Assembly: GCA_965203905.1 (NCBI GenBank)
Contig: CBDBDQ010000005.1
Coordinates: 7,200,001 to 7,264,000 of the forward strand
Length of the DNA stretch: 64,000 nucleotides
Reading direction: 5' to 3'
From: Spirochaetia bacterium
GTDB taxonomy: Bacteria > Spirochaetota > Spirochaetia > SZUA-6 > Bin103
The stretch's first letter is position 1; every line of letters starts with the position of its first letter. Below are positions 49,755 to 59,260 of this stretch, in pieces. The notes under the pieces are model-generated. The model ran no database searches. It saw only the letters and a program-made list of their open reading frames with translations, and had not been told where the DNA came from. The translations under genes and the position numbers were made by a program.

Positions 49755-50581
49755 GCGGCACCATGGTGCTCGGCTACGACGTCGAGACCGCGTCGGATAA
49801 CACGGTCGGGTTTCTCGAGGGCGCCACGGAGCTGCATGAGAAGTTCGGCGTGCCCTGGACGATCTATCTCACGGGACAGACGGTCGAGAAGTGCACGCAT
49901 GCGATACGCCGGTGCATGCAGAGTCCGCTGCTCACGGTGGCCCAGCACACCTACAGCCACGTGCTGCTCAAGAGCGTGTACATGACGCCGGGGGACGGCA
50001 AACCGGTACACGGCGCGGTGCCCAACTTTTTCCAGGAGGGCGGCTCTCTCGATCAGATTCGCGACGAGATCGCGAAGGCGCAGGGCGTGATCAAGGAGCT
50101 GCTGCAGGTGGACTGTCACGGGCTGACCGGTCCGTGGGGCTATTGCCGCGGGCTGGTGGATCGGCCGGACCTGCTGCAGATCCTGCGCGACAACGGGATC
50201 CGGTGGATCCGCACCAACGCCCGCGATCACCGCGACTGCCAGCCCACCCCTTTTTCCGAGCAGCCATTCTTCTACGCCGACCAGGGCTTCCCCGAAATCC
50301 TGGAGCTGGGGATCCAGGGCTACCAGGACCACTTCTACTGGGAGCGGTTCGACGACCGCACGCACGGCGAATCCTACCAGGATTATCTGTTCGCCATGGT
50401 CGACGAGACGGCCAGGAACGGCTGGCTCTGGAACCTGTGCAGCCACGATCACGGCACTCCGACCAGGCGCGAGTTCGAGGAAAAATGCGGGTGGCTCGGC
50501 GACCTGATCGCCCGCGCCAAGGAGACGGGCCTGCGCTTTGCCTCGCCCCCGGAGATATATGAAGAACTAAAGGCAAACTGA
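49751..50581 (+). CDS. Polysaccharide deacetylase-like (NodB fold) protein
   Basis: LGYDVE, QHTYSH, GLTGPWG, CSHD; ATGA overlap with upstream gene. Confidence 0.75.
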   Translation: MSGTMVLGYDVETASDNTVGFLEGATELHEKFGVPWTIYLTGQTVEKCTHAIRRCMQSPLLTVAQHTYSHVLLKSVYMTPGDGKPVHGAVPNFFQEGGSLDQIRDEIAKAQGVIKELLQVDCHGLTGPWGYCRGLVDRPDLLQILRDNGIRWIRTNARDHRDCQPTPFSEQPFFYADQGFPEILELGIQGYQDHFYWERFDDRTHGESYQDYLFAMVDETARNGWLWNLCSHDHGTPTRREFEEKCGWLGDLIARAKETGLRFASPPEIYEELKAN

Positions 50582-50663
50582 TTAGGACTCCACTTGAAGC
50601 GAAATTCGGGTGGTCTCGTACCGTATCGGCGACATCCTATACTTGAGCCACATAATCGGACCA

Positions 50664-50875
50664 CGCCGGGATTCCCTACCACCGCCTCTACGACCTACCC
50701 CGAGCGCGGCGCGCAGTTGCCGATGGCCGGCCAGAGCGATACGGCAGCCTCGGCAGCCCCCATCCGGGAGCGCGCTTGCCTGGCCGTAGACGTCAGCGGC
50801 GTGGTAGCCCACAGGGGGCTACCACGCCGACCTGCCACGATGCGCGCCGCGACGAAGGAATGGACACAGCCGCGC
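50664..50875 (+). pseudogene. Decayed partial copy of the Ldh_2 gene
   Basis: YPERGAQLPMAG vs YPEQGAQLPMAG (49301-49370), and ACLAVDV vs AFLALDV (49490-49592), with indels. Confidence 0.65.
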
Positions 50876-51088
50876 TGACTGGCCGGCAACAGAAGCCGCA
50901 ATCCGGCTGACTTCGGTCTTGACCTCCACGGTTGAGCAGGAACAGATTATTGTGCAGTGCACCCTTACGGATATTGGGTATCGTCCCTGACGCCATGGGT
51001 CTGGACTCTACTGTTCAACAGCTCTCCGCAGGTGGTGCAGATCCAGTCTCAGCCATCGTAGCGGTGTTAGGCTGGGGCCTTTAATGTT

Positions 51089-52780
51089 ATGAGAGTTACT
51101 TCCATCCAAATCAACAATTTTCGGGGCATCAGGGATCTCAAGCTCGACCTGGGCCAGGTCACTGTCTTAGTCGGCGAGAACAACACGGGCAAGACTTCAG
51201 TGTTGGACGCACTGCGCCTTTGTCTTCGCGACCTTGGCCCGCGCCGGCGCGTGGTCTTTGACGCGCTGGACTTTCATCTTCCGGACGACACGACTGACCC
51301 CTCCTCCGCCGATCCGATAAGGATCGACATAGCGTTCTCAGAGGGCTCCAGCGGCGAGTGGAACGAACAACTAGTCGGTCGCCTCAACCGTGACGGGATT
51401 CTGCAAGTGGACGACGACGGTCGTGGACACGTGCGGCTGCGCGTAACCTGCGCTTATGCTCCTGCTGATCGGGAGTTTAGTCAAGATTGGTCGTTCCTCA
51501 ATCTTTCGGGAGATCAGTTGACCACCGTTGATGTGCGAGCCCTCACGAGACTACAGCAGGAGGTCTCGTACTTCTACCTTACCGCACTGCGCGATGCCGC
51601 ACATCATTTCGATGCACGGGGGCCGTTCTGGCGGCCGTTTCTCAAGGACTCTCAGCTCTCCGTCGAGAAGAAAGCCGAGATTGAGCAGAGACTGCGCGAA
51701 GTGAACGATCTTGTGGTGAATTCCCATACCAGCTTCGAGCAGGTACGTGAAGGACTTCGTCAAGTGCAGGACATTGTTCCACTCGCTGCTGATGAGGTCG
51801 TCTCGATCGAAGCGGTTCCCGGACGCATGTTCGATATGCTGGCAAGGGCTCAGCTATACCTCGGTACCACCTCCGGATCGAAAATCCCGGTTGGCCGGCA
51901 CGGTGAGGGCACTCAGAGTCTCTCGGTGCTGATGTTGTTCTCCGCCTTTCTTAAGGCGTGGCCCGAAGGATCTCCGATCATCGCCTTGGAGGAACCGGAG
52001 GCTCATCTGCACCCTTCGGCGATTCGGGCCCTGGCGCAACTCGTCGACGACTTCGGCGGGCAGAAGCTTGTCTCGACGCACAGCGGCGAATTTATCGCAG
52101 AAGTGGAGATCCGTGACATTCGGCGGTTGACCCGTAGCCCCGCAGGGATCAAGTCCTTCCGCGTTCCCCCAAAGCTGCTCTCCGCTGAAGAGACAAGGAA
52201 ATTCAACTATCACATTCGTCAGGGCCGGGGGGAACTGTTGTTTGCTCGCTGCTGGTTACTGGTGGAAGGAGAGACCGAGACCTGGGTGTACCCTGCCGCT
52301 GCCCGGGCGATGGGAGAGAACCTTCATCGCGAAGGCGTGAGGTTGGTTGAGTACCGCCAATCCGATGTCGGACTGCTTGCCAAAGTCGCTAACGCCCTTG
52401 GCATCAGTTGGTTTTGTGTAGGTGACGACGATGACGAGCGGACCAGCACCGAACCCAAGGTGCTGGAGAACCTGGACTCGGCTGCAGTGGCGGATCGCGT
52501 CGTATTCCCATACGTGGACATTGAGACTCACTTGTTGTCCAATGGATATGAAGCGATCTACCGGGAACAAATGCCGATGCAGAACCTGAAAAAGATCAGG
52601 TTACCAGCGTCGGACCCTGGCTACTGGAAAGAGTACGCCCAACATCTACCAGGACGGGCTAAGACCAGAGCTGCCGCCGATGTCGCCGCCGAATTGGAGC
52701 GACGCGGCGCGCCGGGAGTAACCCCCGAGATTCGTAGCGTACTGACCACGGTTATCGGTCTTTCGCGAGGGGAAGGTTAG
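51089..52780 (+). CDS. gajA: OLD-family ABC-ATPase/TOPRIM nuclease (Gabija GajA-like)
   Basis: INNFRGI, GENNTGKT, EEPEAHLHP, STHS, LLVEGETE, GDDD. Confidence 0.88.
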   Translation: MRVTSIQINNFRGIRDLKLDLGQVTVLVGENNTGKTSVLDALRLCLRDLGPRRRVVFDALDFHLPDDTTDPSSADPIRIDIAFSEGSSGEWNEQLVGRLNRDGILQVDDDGRGHVRLRVTCAYAPADREFSQDWSFLNLSGDQLTTVDVRALTRLQQEVSYFYLTALRDAAHHFDARGPFWRPFLKDSQLSVEKKAEIEQRLREVNDLVVNSHTSFEQVREGLRQVQDIVPLAADEVVSIEAVPGRMFDMLARAQLYLGTTSGSKIPVGRHGEGTQSLSVLMLFSAFLKAWPEGSPIIALEEPEAHLHPSAIRALAQLVDDFGGQKLVSTHSGEFIAEVEIRDIRRLTRSPAGIKSFRVPPKLLSAEETRKFNYHIRQGRGELLFARCWLLVEGETETWVYPAAARAMGENLHREGVRLVEYRQSDVGLLAKVANALGISWFCVGDDDDERTSTEPKVLENLDSAAVADRVVFPYVDIETHLLSNGYEAIYREQMPMQNLKKIRLPASDPGYWKEYAQHLPGRAKTRAAADVAAELERRGAPGVTPEIRSVLTTVIGLSRGEG

Positions 52781-54651
52781 TGACCAGATTCGAGCACCTC
52801 AATAAGAACCAACGTAAGGCGGTAACCTGGCACAACGGGCCGCTACTCGTGCTGGCAGGACCGGGTTCGGGCAAGACCGCAGTGTTGACACTTCGTGTTG
52901 CGCGGATTATCGAAGAGAACGAGCATGCGGCGGTGCTAGCGCTCACTTTCACCAACAAGGCCGCCGCCGAAATGCGAGAGCGCGTCGATAAGCTCCTTGG
53001 TCAGCGTGGCGAGCGCGCACACCTATGTACGTTTCATTCGTTCGCCGCCGAAATCCTCCGCCAGCACGGTAGCCATCTCGGATTACGACCCGATTTCAGC
53101 CTTCTTACGCAAGACGACGACCGCATCGCCATTCTCGAAGAGGCAATCGCCGAACTGCCCGACGAAGGTGATTCACTGCCGACAGATCGTAAGAATCTCA
53201 TCGCCTTCGTGGATCGACTCTTTGCCGAGTCGTATGACGGGGGAACAGAGGCTGCATCGTTGGCTCACACTCCCTCGTGGGTCCCGTTGCTTTACCGGGG
53301 CTACTGCGAGGCACTGCTCGCCGGCAACCGCCTGGACTTTGGTAGCCTGTTACACTTTACACGACAGCTCCTGAAAGAGAAGCCCGGTGTTGCCCGGGTG
53401 CTACGACTGGGGTGGACGCATGTCTGCGTCGACGAGTTCCAGGACACCAATAAGGCTCAGTATGACCTGCTTCGTCTTATCGCACCAGTAGAGCGCCACG
53501 ATCTATTCATAGTAGCGGACGACGACCAGATCATCTATCAGTGGAACGGAGCGAGCCCGAAACGGTTGCACGCGCTGCGCAACGACTACAATACCAAGAT
53601 CGTGCAACTACCTGAGTGCTATCGCTGCCCCGCACCGGTCGTCACGCTTGCAAACCGACTTATTGCCCACAATTCGGGAAGAGTTCACGACAAAGTGCCC
53701 ATATCCGCCCGCAGCACTTCGAGGGGCAGTCTCGATGTAGTCCGCGTTCTCGACCTTCCTTCACCAAACCAGGAGGCCAGGTTCATAGCAAATGACATCG
53801 TCGAGCGCAAAGTTTCGGCGTCTGATTGTGTCATCCTTGGACGCACCGCACGCTTGATTGGCGAAGTAGCGACTGCTCTGCGTGATGCCGGACATGAGGC
53901 TCACGTAGCTCGCAGAAAGAGCGACTTTGAATCACCAACGGTGCGCCTGTTGGTGGAGTCTCTCCGACTGGCAAACGCACGCCATGATCGTGACATCCTA
54001 CGAAGACTCTGCCTCGCTTGGGATGACCTGGTCGGCGTAACCCTTGAACCCGATGCGATCGCAGCCGCCGCCGCACTGGTAGGGGGCGACTTTTTGCGCG
54101 CATGGTCTGATGCCGCGGCCGGGGCCGTTTCTGGACGAGCAGCGAGCGTTTTGACGAGGATCCGATCCAATCTGGTGGACGCACTGGCTTTCCCTACGGT
54201 GGTGGACTGGTTTGTTGAACAAGGGTGGAGGTCCTGGAGTGGAGACAATGACCTTGGGCTCACCGAGCAGGAGGTCGAGACATGGAACACCCTCCACAGT
54301 GAGATCAGCCGCGAGTATGGCGGAAGCATTACGCTAAATTCCTACCTCATACACCTTGATCTAGCGTCAAAGGAGTCGCGTCCTGGAGGCAACTCGCTAC
54401 GTTGTATGACTGTACATGGCGCGAAGGGATTGGAGTTCAAACACGTGTATCTGATTGGGATGGCTCAGGAGGTATTTCCATCATTTCAGGCCCTGCGCAA
54501 CGGACGACGGAGCCGGCAACTAGAGGAAGAGCGTCGGAACTGCTTCGTGGCGATCACCCGTGCGGAGGAGACCCTGACGCTCACTCGGTCGCGGATGTAC
54601 TACGGATATCCCAAGGGCCCATCCCAGTTTCTCAGCGAGATGAGGCTGTAG
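52780..54651 (+). CDS. gajB: UvrD-like SF1 helicase (Gabija GajB-like)
   Basis: LAGPGSGKT, TFTNKAA, VDEFQD, TVHGAKGLEF, EERRNCFVAITRA; 1-nt overlap with gajA. Confidence 0.88.
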   Translation: MTRFEHLNKNQRKAVTWHNGPLLVLAGPGSGKTAVLTLRVARIIEENEHAAVLALTFTNKAAAEMRERVDKLLGQRGERAHLCTFHSFAAEILRQHGSHLGLRPDFSLLTQDDDRIAILEEAIAELPDEGDSLPTDRKNLIAFVDRLFAESYDGGTEAASLAHTPSWVPLLYRGYCEALLAGNRLDFGSLLHFTRQLLKEKPGVARVLRLGWTHVCVDEFQDTNKAQYDLLRLIAPVERHDLFIVADDDQIIYQWNGASPKRLHALRNDYNTKIVQLPECYRCPAPVVTLANRLIAHNSGRVHDKVPISARSTSRGSLDVVRVLDLPSPNQEARFIANDIVERKVSASDCVILGRTARLIGEVATALRDAGHEAHVARRKSDFESPTVRLLVESLRLANARHDRDILRRLCLAWDDLVGVTLEPDAIAAAAALVGGDFLRAWSDAAAGAVSGRAASVLTRIRSNLVDALAFPTVVDWFVEQGWRSWSGDNDLGLTEQEVETWNTLHSEISREYGGSITLNSYLIHLDLASKESRPGGNSLRCMTVHGAKGLEFKHVYLIGMAQEVFPSFQALRNGRRSRQLEEERRNCFVAITRAEETLTLTRSRMYYGYPKGPSQFLSEMRL

Positions 54652-54935
54652 TGCACTATGGGTGAACCGAACACCATGATGTGTGGAGCACGGCGACAGC
54701 CCTCCGCGGCCTCCAAGAGCCAAGGGCGCCCCGCGAGGCCTTGTCGATATGGGCGGACCGCGGCTCAGCCATAATCGATCAGCCTAGCTGGGCTTGGATC
54801 GCTGTTCGCTGTTGCAACAGAGGCACAGGTGCACAGGCGCCGTAGGGCCGTGTTAGGGACGTGCTGCCGCACTTGACGTCGAGTGCCATAGAATGGCAGG
54901 CTTGACCTCCAGCTACCTCATAGGAGTAAACCCAC

Positions 54936-55916
54936 ATGAGTGCGCTCAATCAGCAGCAGGTTGACCAGTTTCGGGAACAGGGATTCCTGAAGGTCGAAAG
55001 AGTGCTGGATCCGGCCACCCACCTCGATCCGGTGATCGAGGAATATACAGGGGTACTCGACTCCCTGGCCAAGGAGCTGTTCGCCGCCGGTGAGATATCC
55101 TCCACCTACGACGAGCTTCCGTTCGGCGAGCGGGTAACGCGAGTCTACGCCGAGAGTGGCCGCAATCACGCGCAGTACTTCGACTTCTCGCTGCCGTTCG
55201 CGAACGTCCGCGAGGACACGCCGTTCTGGTGCGGGCCGGCGGTGCTGAACGCCTTCACCGCGGAACCCCTGCTGGACGTGGTGGAAGCGCTCATCGGCCC
55301 GGAGATCTATTCCAACCCGGTGCAGCACGTGCGCATCAAGCCGCCGGAGAGCAGGCTGCCCAAGGATGGCAACGGCAAGCCGATCATCGGGGCCACCCAG
55401 TGGCATCAGGATCACGGCGTGGTGACCCCCGAGGCCGACGAGACCAACATGCTGACCGTCTGGTTCTCGCTCTACGACACGCCGGTCGAAGCGGGACCGC
55501 TGAAGGTCGTTCCACGCAGCCACACCGACGGCCTGCGCACCCACTGCCCCAACACCGGCCGCGCGATTCCGGAGAAGCTGTTCGAAGTCGACGCCACGGT
55601 GCCCGTTCCCACCGCGCGCGGCGACGTGGTGTGTCTGCACCGGCAGACGGTGCACGGTTCGCTGGCCAACGTCGGCAACGAGATCCGCTGGAGCTTCGAC
55701 CTGCGCTACAACCCGATCGGCCAGCACACCGGGCGCGGGGCGTTCCCCGGCTTCGTGGCCCGGAGCCGCAAGGCGCCGCACCGGGAACTGCGCGACGCCG
55801 ACGAGTGGCGTCGAAGCTGGGAAGAGTGCCGCCGGCGGATGGCCCACATCAACCAGGGGGGGGAGACCGACGTGCCCTTCGGCCGCTGGACCGACGGCCA
55901 TCCCGACTGCGCCTGA
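54936..55916 (+). CDS. PhyH-family Fe(II)/2OG dioxygenase
   Basis: FREQGFL, WHQD, GPLKVVPRSH, TVHGS, RWSFDLRY; AGGAG RBS. Confidence 0.9.
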   Translation: MSALNQQQVDQFREQGFLKVERVLDPATHLDPVIEEYTGVLDSLAKELFAAGEISSTYDELPFGERVTRVYAESGRNHAQYFDFSLPFANVREDTPFWCGPAVLNAFTAEPLLDVVEALIGPEIYSNPVQHVRIKPPESRLPKDGNGKPIIGATQWHQDHGVVTPEADETNMLTVWFSLYDTPVEAGPLKVVPRSHTDGLRTHCPNTGRAIPEKLFEVDATVPVPTARGDVVCLHRQTVHGSLANVGNEIRWSFDLRYNPIGQHTGRGAFPGFVARSRKAPHRELRDADEWRRSWEECRRRMAHINQGGETDVPFGRWTDGHPDCA

Positions 55917-56069
55917 GGTACCGGCCGCCATCCCGGAAATGCCGCCGAAGCCCGTGCCGGCGGCCCCTCGTCGACTCCGATCCAGCAGCGCGCCGCGAAA
56001 TACCGGCAGCACTCCACACCGGTTTCCACCGTGGGGTGGCGGAGTGACCCCCGCGCAACCGCTGCCCTG

Positions 56070-57272
56070 ATGGACTGCGAGTCGGCAGCCGATGCCACCC
56101 GGCGGGTGCTGGCCGCGGTAAGCAGCACGCGCCTGCTGGCCACCGCCCGGGCCCTGATCGACATACCGAGCCCGTCCGGGCAGGCCGGGGCGGCCGCCGA
56201 CCGGCTCGCCGAACTGCTTGCCGCTGACGGGTTCGCCGTGAGCCGACCGGTCGCCGACTGGCCGCCGGCGCCGGCGGTGGTGACCCGCCTCGAATCCGGC
56301 GCTCCCGGCCGCGTGCTGCAGTTCGACGGCCACCTCGACACCGTGCATCTGCCGTTCCGCGCCTCGCAGTTGCATGACCGCGGTGGCGGAAGCGTGCTGA
56401 CCGGCTCCGGTGCCGCGGACATGAAGGGCGGCATCGCCGCCGTGGTGGAAGCGTTGCGCGCCCTGCGCGACGTCGGCGTGCCGACGGCCGGATCAGTGCT
56501 GCTCACCGCCCACGAGCACCACGAAGGGCCGGTGGGAGACGGCCGCCAGGTGGCGGCGCTGGCGCGCGCCGGGATCCACGGCGACGCCGTGCTGCTGCCC
56601 GAGTACCAGGCGACGCCGCTGCCGTTGCGCGGTCGCGGCGCCGCGATCGTCAACCTCGTCCTGCGGCGCTCCGGCGAGCCGATCCACGAGGCGTTGCGCA
56701 CCGGCGAACTGCCCGACGTGGTCGCCGCGGGGGCGGAGCTGGTCCTGGAGCTCACGGCGCTGGGGCGCCGGCTGCGCGCGGAGAGCGGCGCCTCGCGCGC
56801 CGAGTCCGACTCCCTTTTCGTGGGCCGCTGCGCCGCCGGCGAGATCTACAACCAGGTCCCGACGGAGTGCCGCATCGAGGGCATCCGGCGCTGGGTGGAG
56901 CCCGGCCAAGGGGCGGCGGCGCGGGCCCAGGTGCTGGAGCTGGCCCAGGCGGTGGCCGAGCGCCACGGCCTGACCGTCTCCCTGCAGATGCAGACCCGCA
57001 CCGAGGCGTACTCCGTGGCCGCCACCGACCCCGTGGTCACTGCCCTTCAGGCTGCCTGCCGCGACGTCACCGGCAGCACGCTTCCCACCGGCCCCAAGCC
57101 GTTCGTGGACGACGGCAACCGCTACGCATTCCTCGCCGGCATCCCCGCACTCACCCACGGCCCGGCGGCCAGCGGCGCCCACACCACCGACGAGCAGGTG
57201 CCGGTCGCCGAGTTGCTGCGCGTGGCCCGGGTCTACGCCCTCACCGCCCTTGCCTACTGCGGGGCCGGCTGA
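56070..57272 (+). CDS. M20-family metallopeptidase/deacylase (ArgE/DapE-like)
   Basis: DGHLDTV, GSGAADMKGG, HEHHE, GP..GAHTTDE. Confidence 0.85.
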   Translation: MDCESAADATRRVLAAVSSTRLLATARALIDIPSPSGQAGAAADRLAELLAADGFAVSRPVADWPPAPAVVTRLESGAPGRVLQFDGHLDTVHLPFRASQLHDRGGGSVLTGSGAADMKGGIAAVVEALRALRDVGVPTAGSVLLTAHEHHEGPVGDGRQVAALARAGIHGDAVLLPEYQATPLPLRGRGAAIVNLVLRRSGEPIHEALRTGELPDVVAAGAELVLELTALGRRLRAESGASRAESDSLFVGRCAAGEIYNQVPTECRIEGIRRWVEPGQGAAARAQVLELAQAVAERHGLTVSLQMQTRTEAYSVAATDPVVTALQAACRDVTGSTLPTGPKPFVDDGNRYAFLAGIPALTHGPAASGAHTTDEQVPVAELLRVARVYALTALAYCGAG

Positions 57273-57287
57273 CTGACACCACTACAC

Positions 57288-57614
57288 TCACCGACCTGTT
57301 CCGGATGCGTGGGGAGTCACGAGATCAAGTCGCGATGCCAGGCGATCCTCCTCGCTCTCAAGGTCGTACTGGTTTTGCAGGCCCATCCAGAACCTGGCGC
57401 TGTTTCCGAAGAAGCGTGAGAACAGCAGCGCCGTCTCCGCGGTAATGGCGCGCTGGCCATGAACGATGGCATGAATGCGCCGCGGGTCAACGCCAATTGC
57501 CTTGGCCAACCCGTACTGGGTGATGTTCATCGGCGACAGAAACTCCTCGGCGAGGACCTCTCCAGGATGAATCGGGGGTAGCTTGTTCCGTTCGTACTCG
57601 TTTTCTTTCAACAT
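57288..57614 (-). CDS. higA: HigA antitoxin (HTH)
   Basis: PIHPGEVLAEEFL, ITQYGLAKAIGV, RAITAETAL, FWMGLQNQYDL. Confidence 0.92.
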   Translation of the reverse strand: MLKENEYERNKLPPIHPGEVLAEEFLSPMNITQYGLAKAIGVDPRRIHAIVHGQRAITAETALLFSRFFGNSARFWMGLQNQYDLESEEDRLASRLDLVTPHASGTGR

Positions 57615-57669
57615 ATGTGCAAGTAACCATCCCAATGAAACGAGGCACCATGCCTCAATTTACCGAGAT

Positions 57670-57951
57670 TCAGTGGTAGTCCGTTATCTCTACCCGCTCA
57701 GCATCTCCGTCGACCCACACAAAGCACACTCGCCATTGGTCGTTGATGCGAATCGCGTGCTGTCCCGACCGATTGCCTTTGAGAGCCTTGAGCCGGTTGC
57801 CTGGCGGTATCCGAAGGTCATTCAGATCCGTCGCGTTGTTCAGCACCATCAGCTTCAGTTGCGCTTGTCGCTGAACGGCACGCGGCCACCTCGCGACGCG
57901 CTCCCGTTTGAATACCGCCTCGGTGTGTCGATCTCGAAAACTCCGAATCAA
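57670..57951 (-). CDS. higB: HigB (RelE-like) toxin
   Basis: IRSFRD, DLRIPPGNRLKALKG, IRINDQWRVCF, EITDYH. Confidence 0.92.
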   Translation of the reverse strand: MIRSFRDRHTEAVFKRERVARWPRAVQRQAQLKLMVLNNATDLNDLRIPPGNRLKALKGNRSGQHAIRINDQWRVCFVWVDGDAERVEITDYH

Positions 57952-58000
57952 CGACGCCGGATAATAGCGCGCCGCGCTATTGGTGTCAAGCGCTATGCGA

Positions 58001-58116
58001 CCCGCCGCCACCGGCGCCCACACCGACGACGAACAGGTGCCGGTCGCCGAACTGCTGCGCATGGCCCGCGTCTACGCCCGCACCGCCCTCGCCTGCTGTA
58101 CTGCGCGGGTCCTTGA
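58001..58116 (+). repeat. Degenerate direct repeat of the M20 gene 3' end (57161-57272)
   Basis: [27 protein letters not shown] vs [27 protein letters not shown]. Confidence 0.85.
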
Positions 58117-58199
58117 CGGCGGCGCCGGGGCCGGCCCAGCAACCGTTGCGACGTTTCCGCGCTGCGGCGGTTGCGGCGGCAGTGGCGGGCGGCGGGTAA

Positions 58200-58228
58200 T
58201 TGACAGGAGCCGGCCGGATCACAATAAT
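58200..58228 (+). promoter_or_regulatory. Sigma70 promoter of carbohydrate ABC operon (copy 1)
   Basis: TTGACA-N17-AATAAT; both hexamers and the 17-nt spacing are kept in copy 2 despite spacer changes. Confidence 0.7.
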
Positions 58229-58275
58229 GCAGGGCTGCTGTCCTCCGCGGCCCACCGGACGAGAAAGGAGAGAGG

Positions 58276-59250
58276 TTGGCGCAATCTGCAAACGCCCCCC
58301 CCCCCGGCGCAACGCGAGTTGAGTTGAACCTGGCGTTGCGCCGCAAGGCGTGGCGGGAATACTCGATCAACTGGGAGCTGTACCTGATGGCGCTGCTGCC
58401 GGTGATCTGGCTGGTCGTGTTCATGTACCTGCCGATGTACGGCAACGTGATCGCGTTCAAGCGGTTCGTGGCCTCCAAGGGCATCTGGGGCAGCCCGTGG
58501 ATCGGCTTCGACAACTTCGAGCGCTTCTTCACTTCGTTCAAGTTCGGGAACATCATGTGGAACACGTTCTTCCTGAACGCGTACGACCTGGTGCTCGGCT
58601 TCCCGATCCCGATCATCCTCGCCATCCTGCTGCACTACACCCCATTCCAGGGCTACAAGAAAACCGTGCAGATGGTCACCTACGCCCCCCACTTTATCTC
58701 CACGGTGGTGATGGTGGGCATCATCTTCAAGCTGTTCTCGCAGCGCATCGGCATCGTCAACGTGGCGCTCACCGCGCTCGGACTGCCGGAGTCCAACTTC
58801 CTCGGCTCACCGCTGTGGTTCCCGCACATCTACGTGTGGACCAACATCTGGCAGAACATGGGCTACGCCACGATCATCTTCCTGGCGGCCCTGTCGGCAG
58901 TCGACCCGGAACTGCACGAAGCGGCACGCGTCGACGGCGCCACCATCTGGCAGCGCATCTGGCACATCGATCTGCCCGGCATCGCGGCGGTGGTGATCAT
59001 CCTGCTGATCCTGCGCCTCGGACAGATTCTCAACATCGGCTTCGAGAAGGTGTTCCTGATGCAGAACACCGTCAACATCGTCGCCTCGGAGGTCGTGGAC
59101 ACCTACGTCTACAAGGTCGGGCTCGCGTCGCGCAATCCCAACTTCTCCTACGCCTCCGCGATCGGACTGTTCAAGAACGTGATCGCCTTCTTCCTGCTGA
59201 TCGCCGTCAACCGCATCGCGCGGCGCACCAGCGAGACCAGCCTGTGGTAG
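58276..59250 (+). CDS. Carbohydrate ABC permease (LplB/YteP-like), copy 1
   Basis: PMYG..IAFK, SPWIG, APHFISTVV, ELHEAARVDGA. Confidence 0.92.
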   Translation: MAQSANAPPPGATRVELNLALRRKAWREYSINWELYLMALLPVIWLVVFMYLPMYGNVIAFKRFVASKGIWGSPWIGFDNFERFFTSFKFGNIMWNTFFLNAYDLVLGFPIPIILAILLHYTPFQGYKKTVQMVTYAPHFISTVVMVGIIFKLFSQRIGIVNVALTALGLPESNFLGSPLWFPHIYVWTNIWQNMGYATIIFLAALSAVDPELHEAARVDGATIWQRIWHIDLPGIAAVVIILLILRLGQILNIGFEKVFLMQNTVNIVASEVVDTYVYKVGLASRNPNFSYASAIGLFKNVIAFFLLIAVNRIARRTSETSLW

Positions 59251-59260
59251 GCGGGCACTG

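Noticed and set aside
50664-50875. Ldh repeat (and M20 tail repeats) as a DGR template/variable pair
   Set aside because: Differences are not adenine-specific, include indels, and no reverse transcriptase is present.
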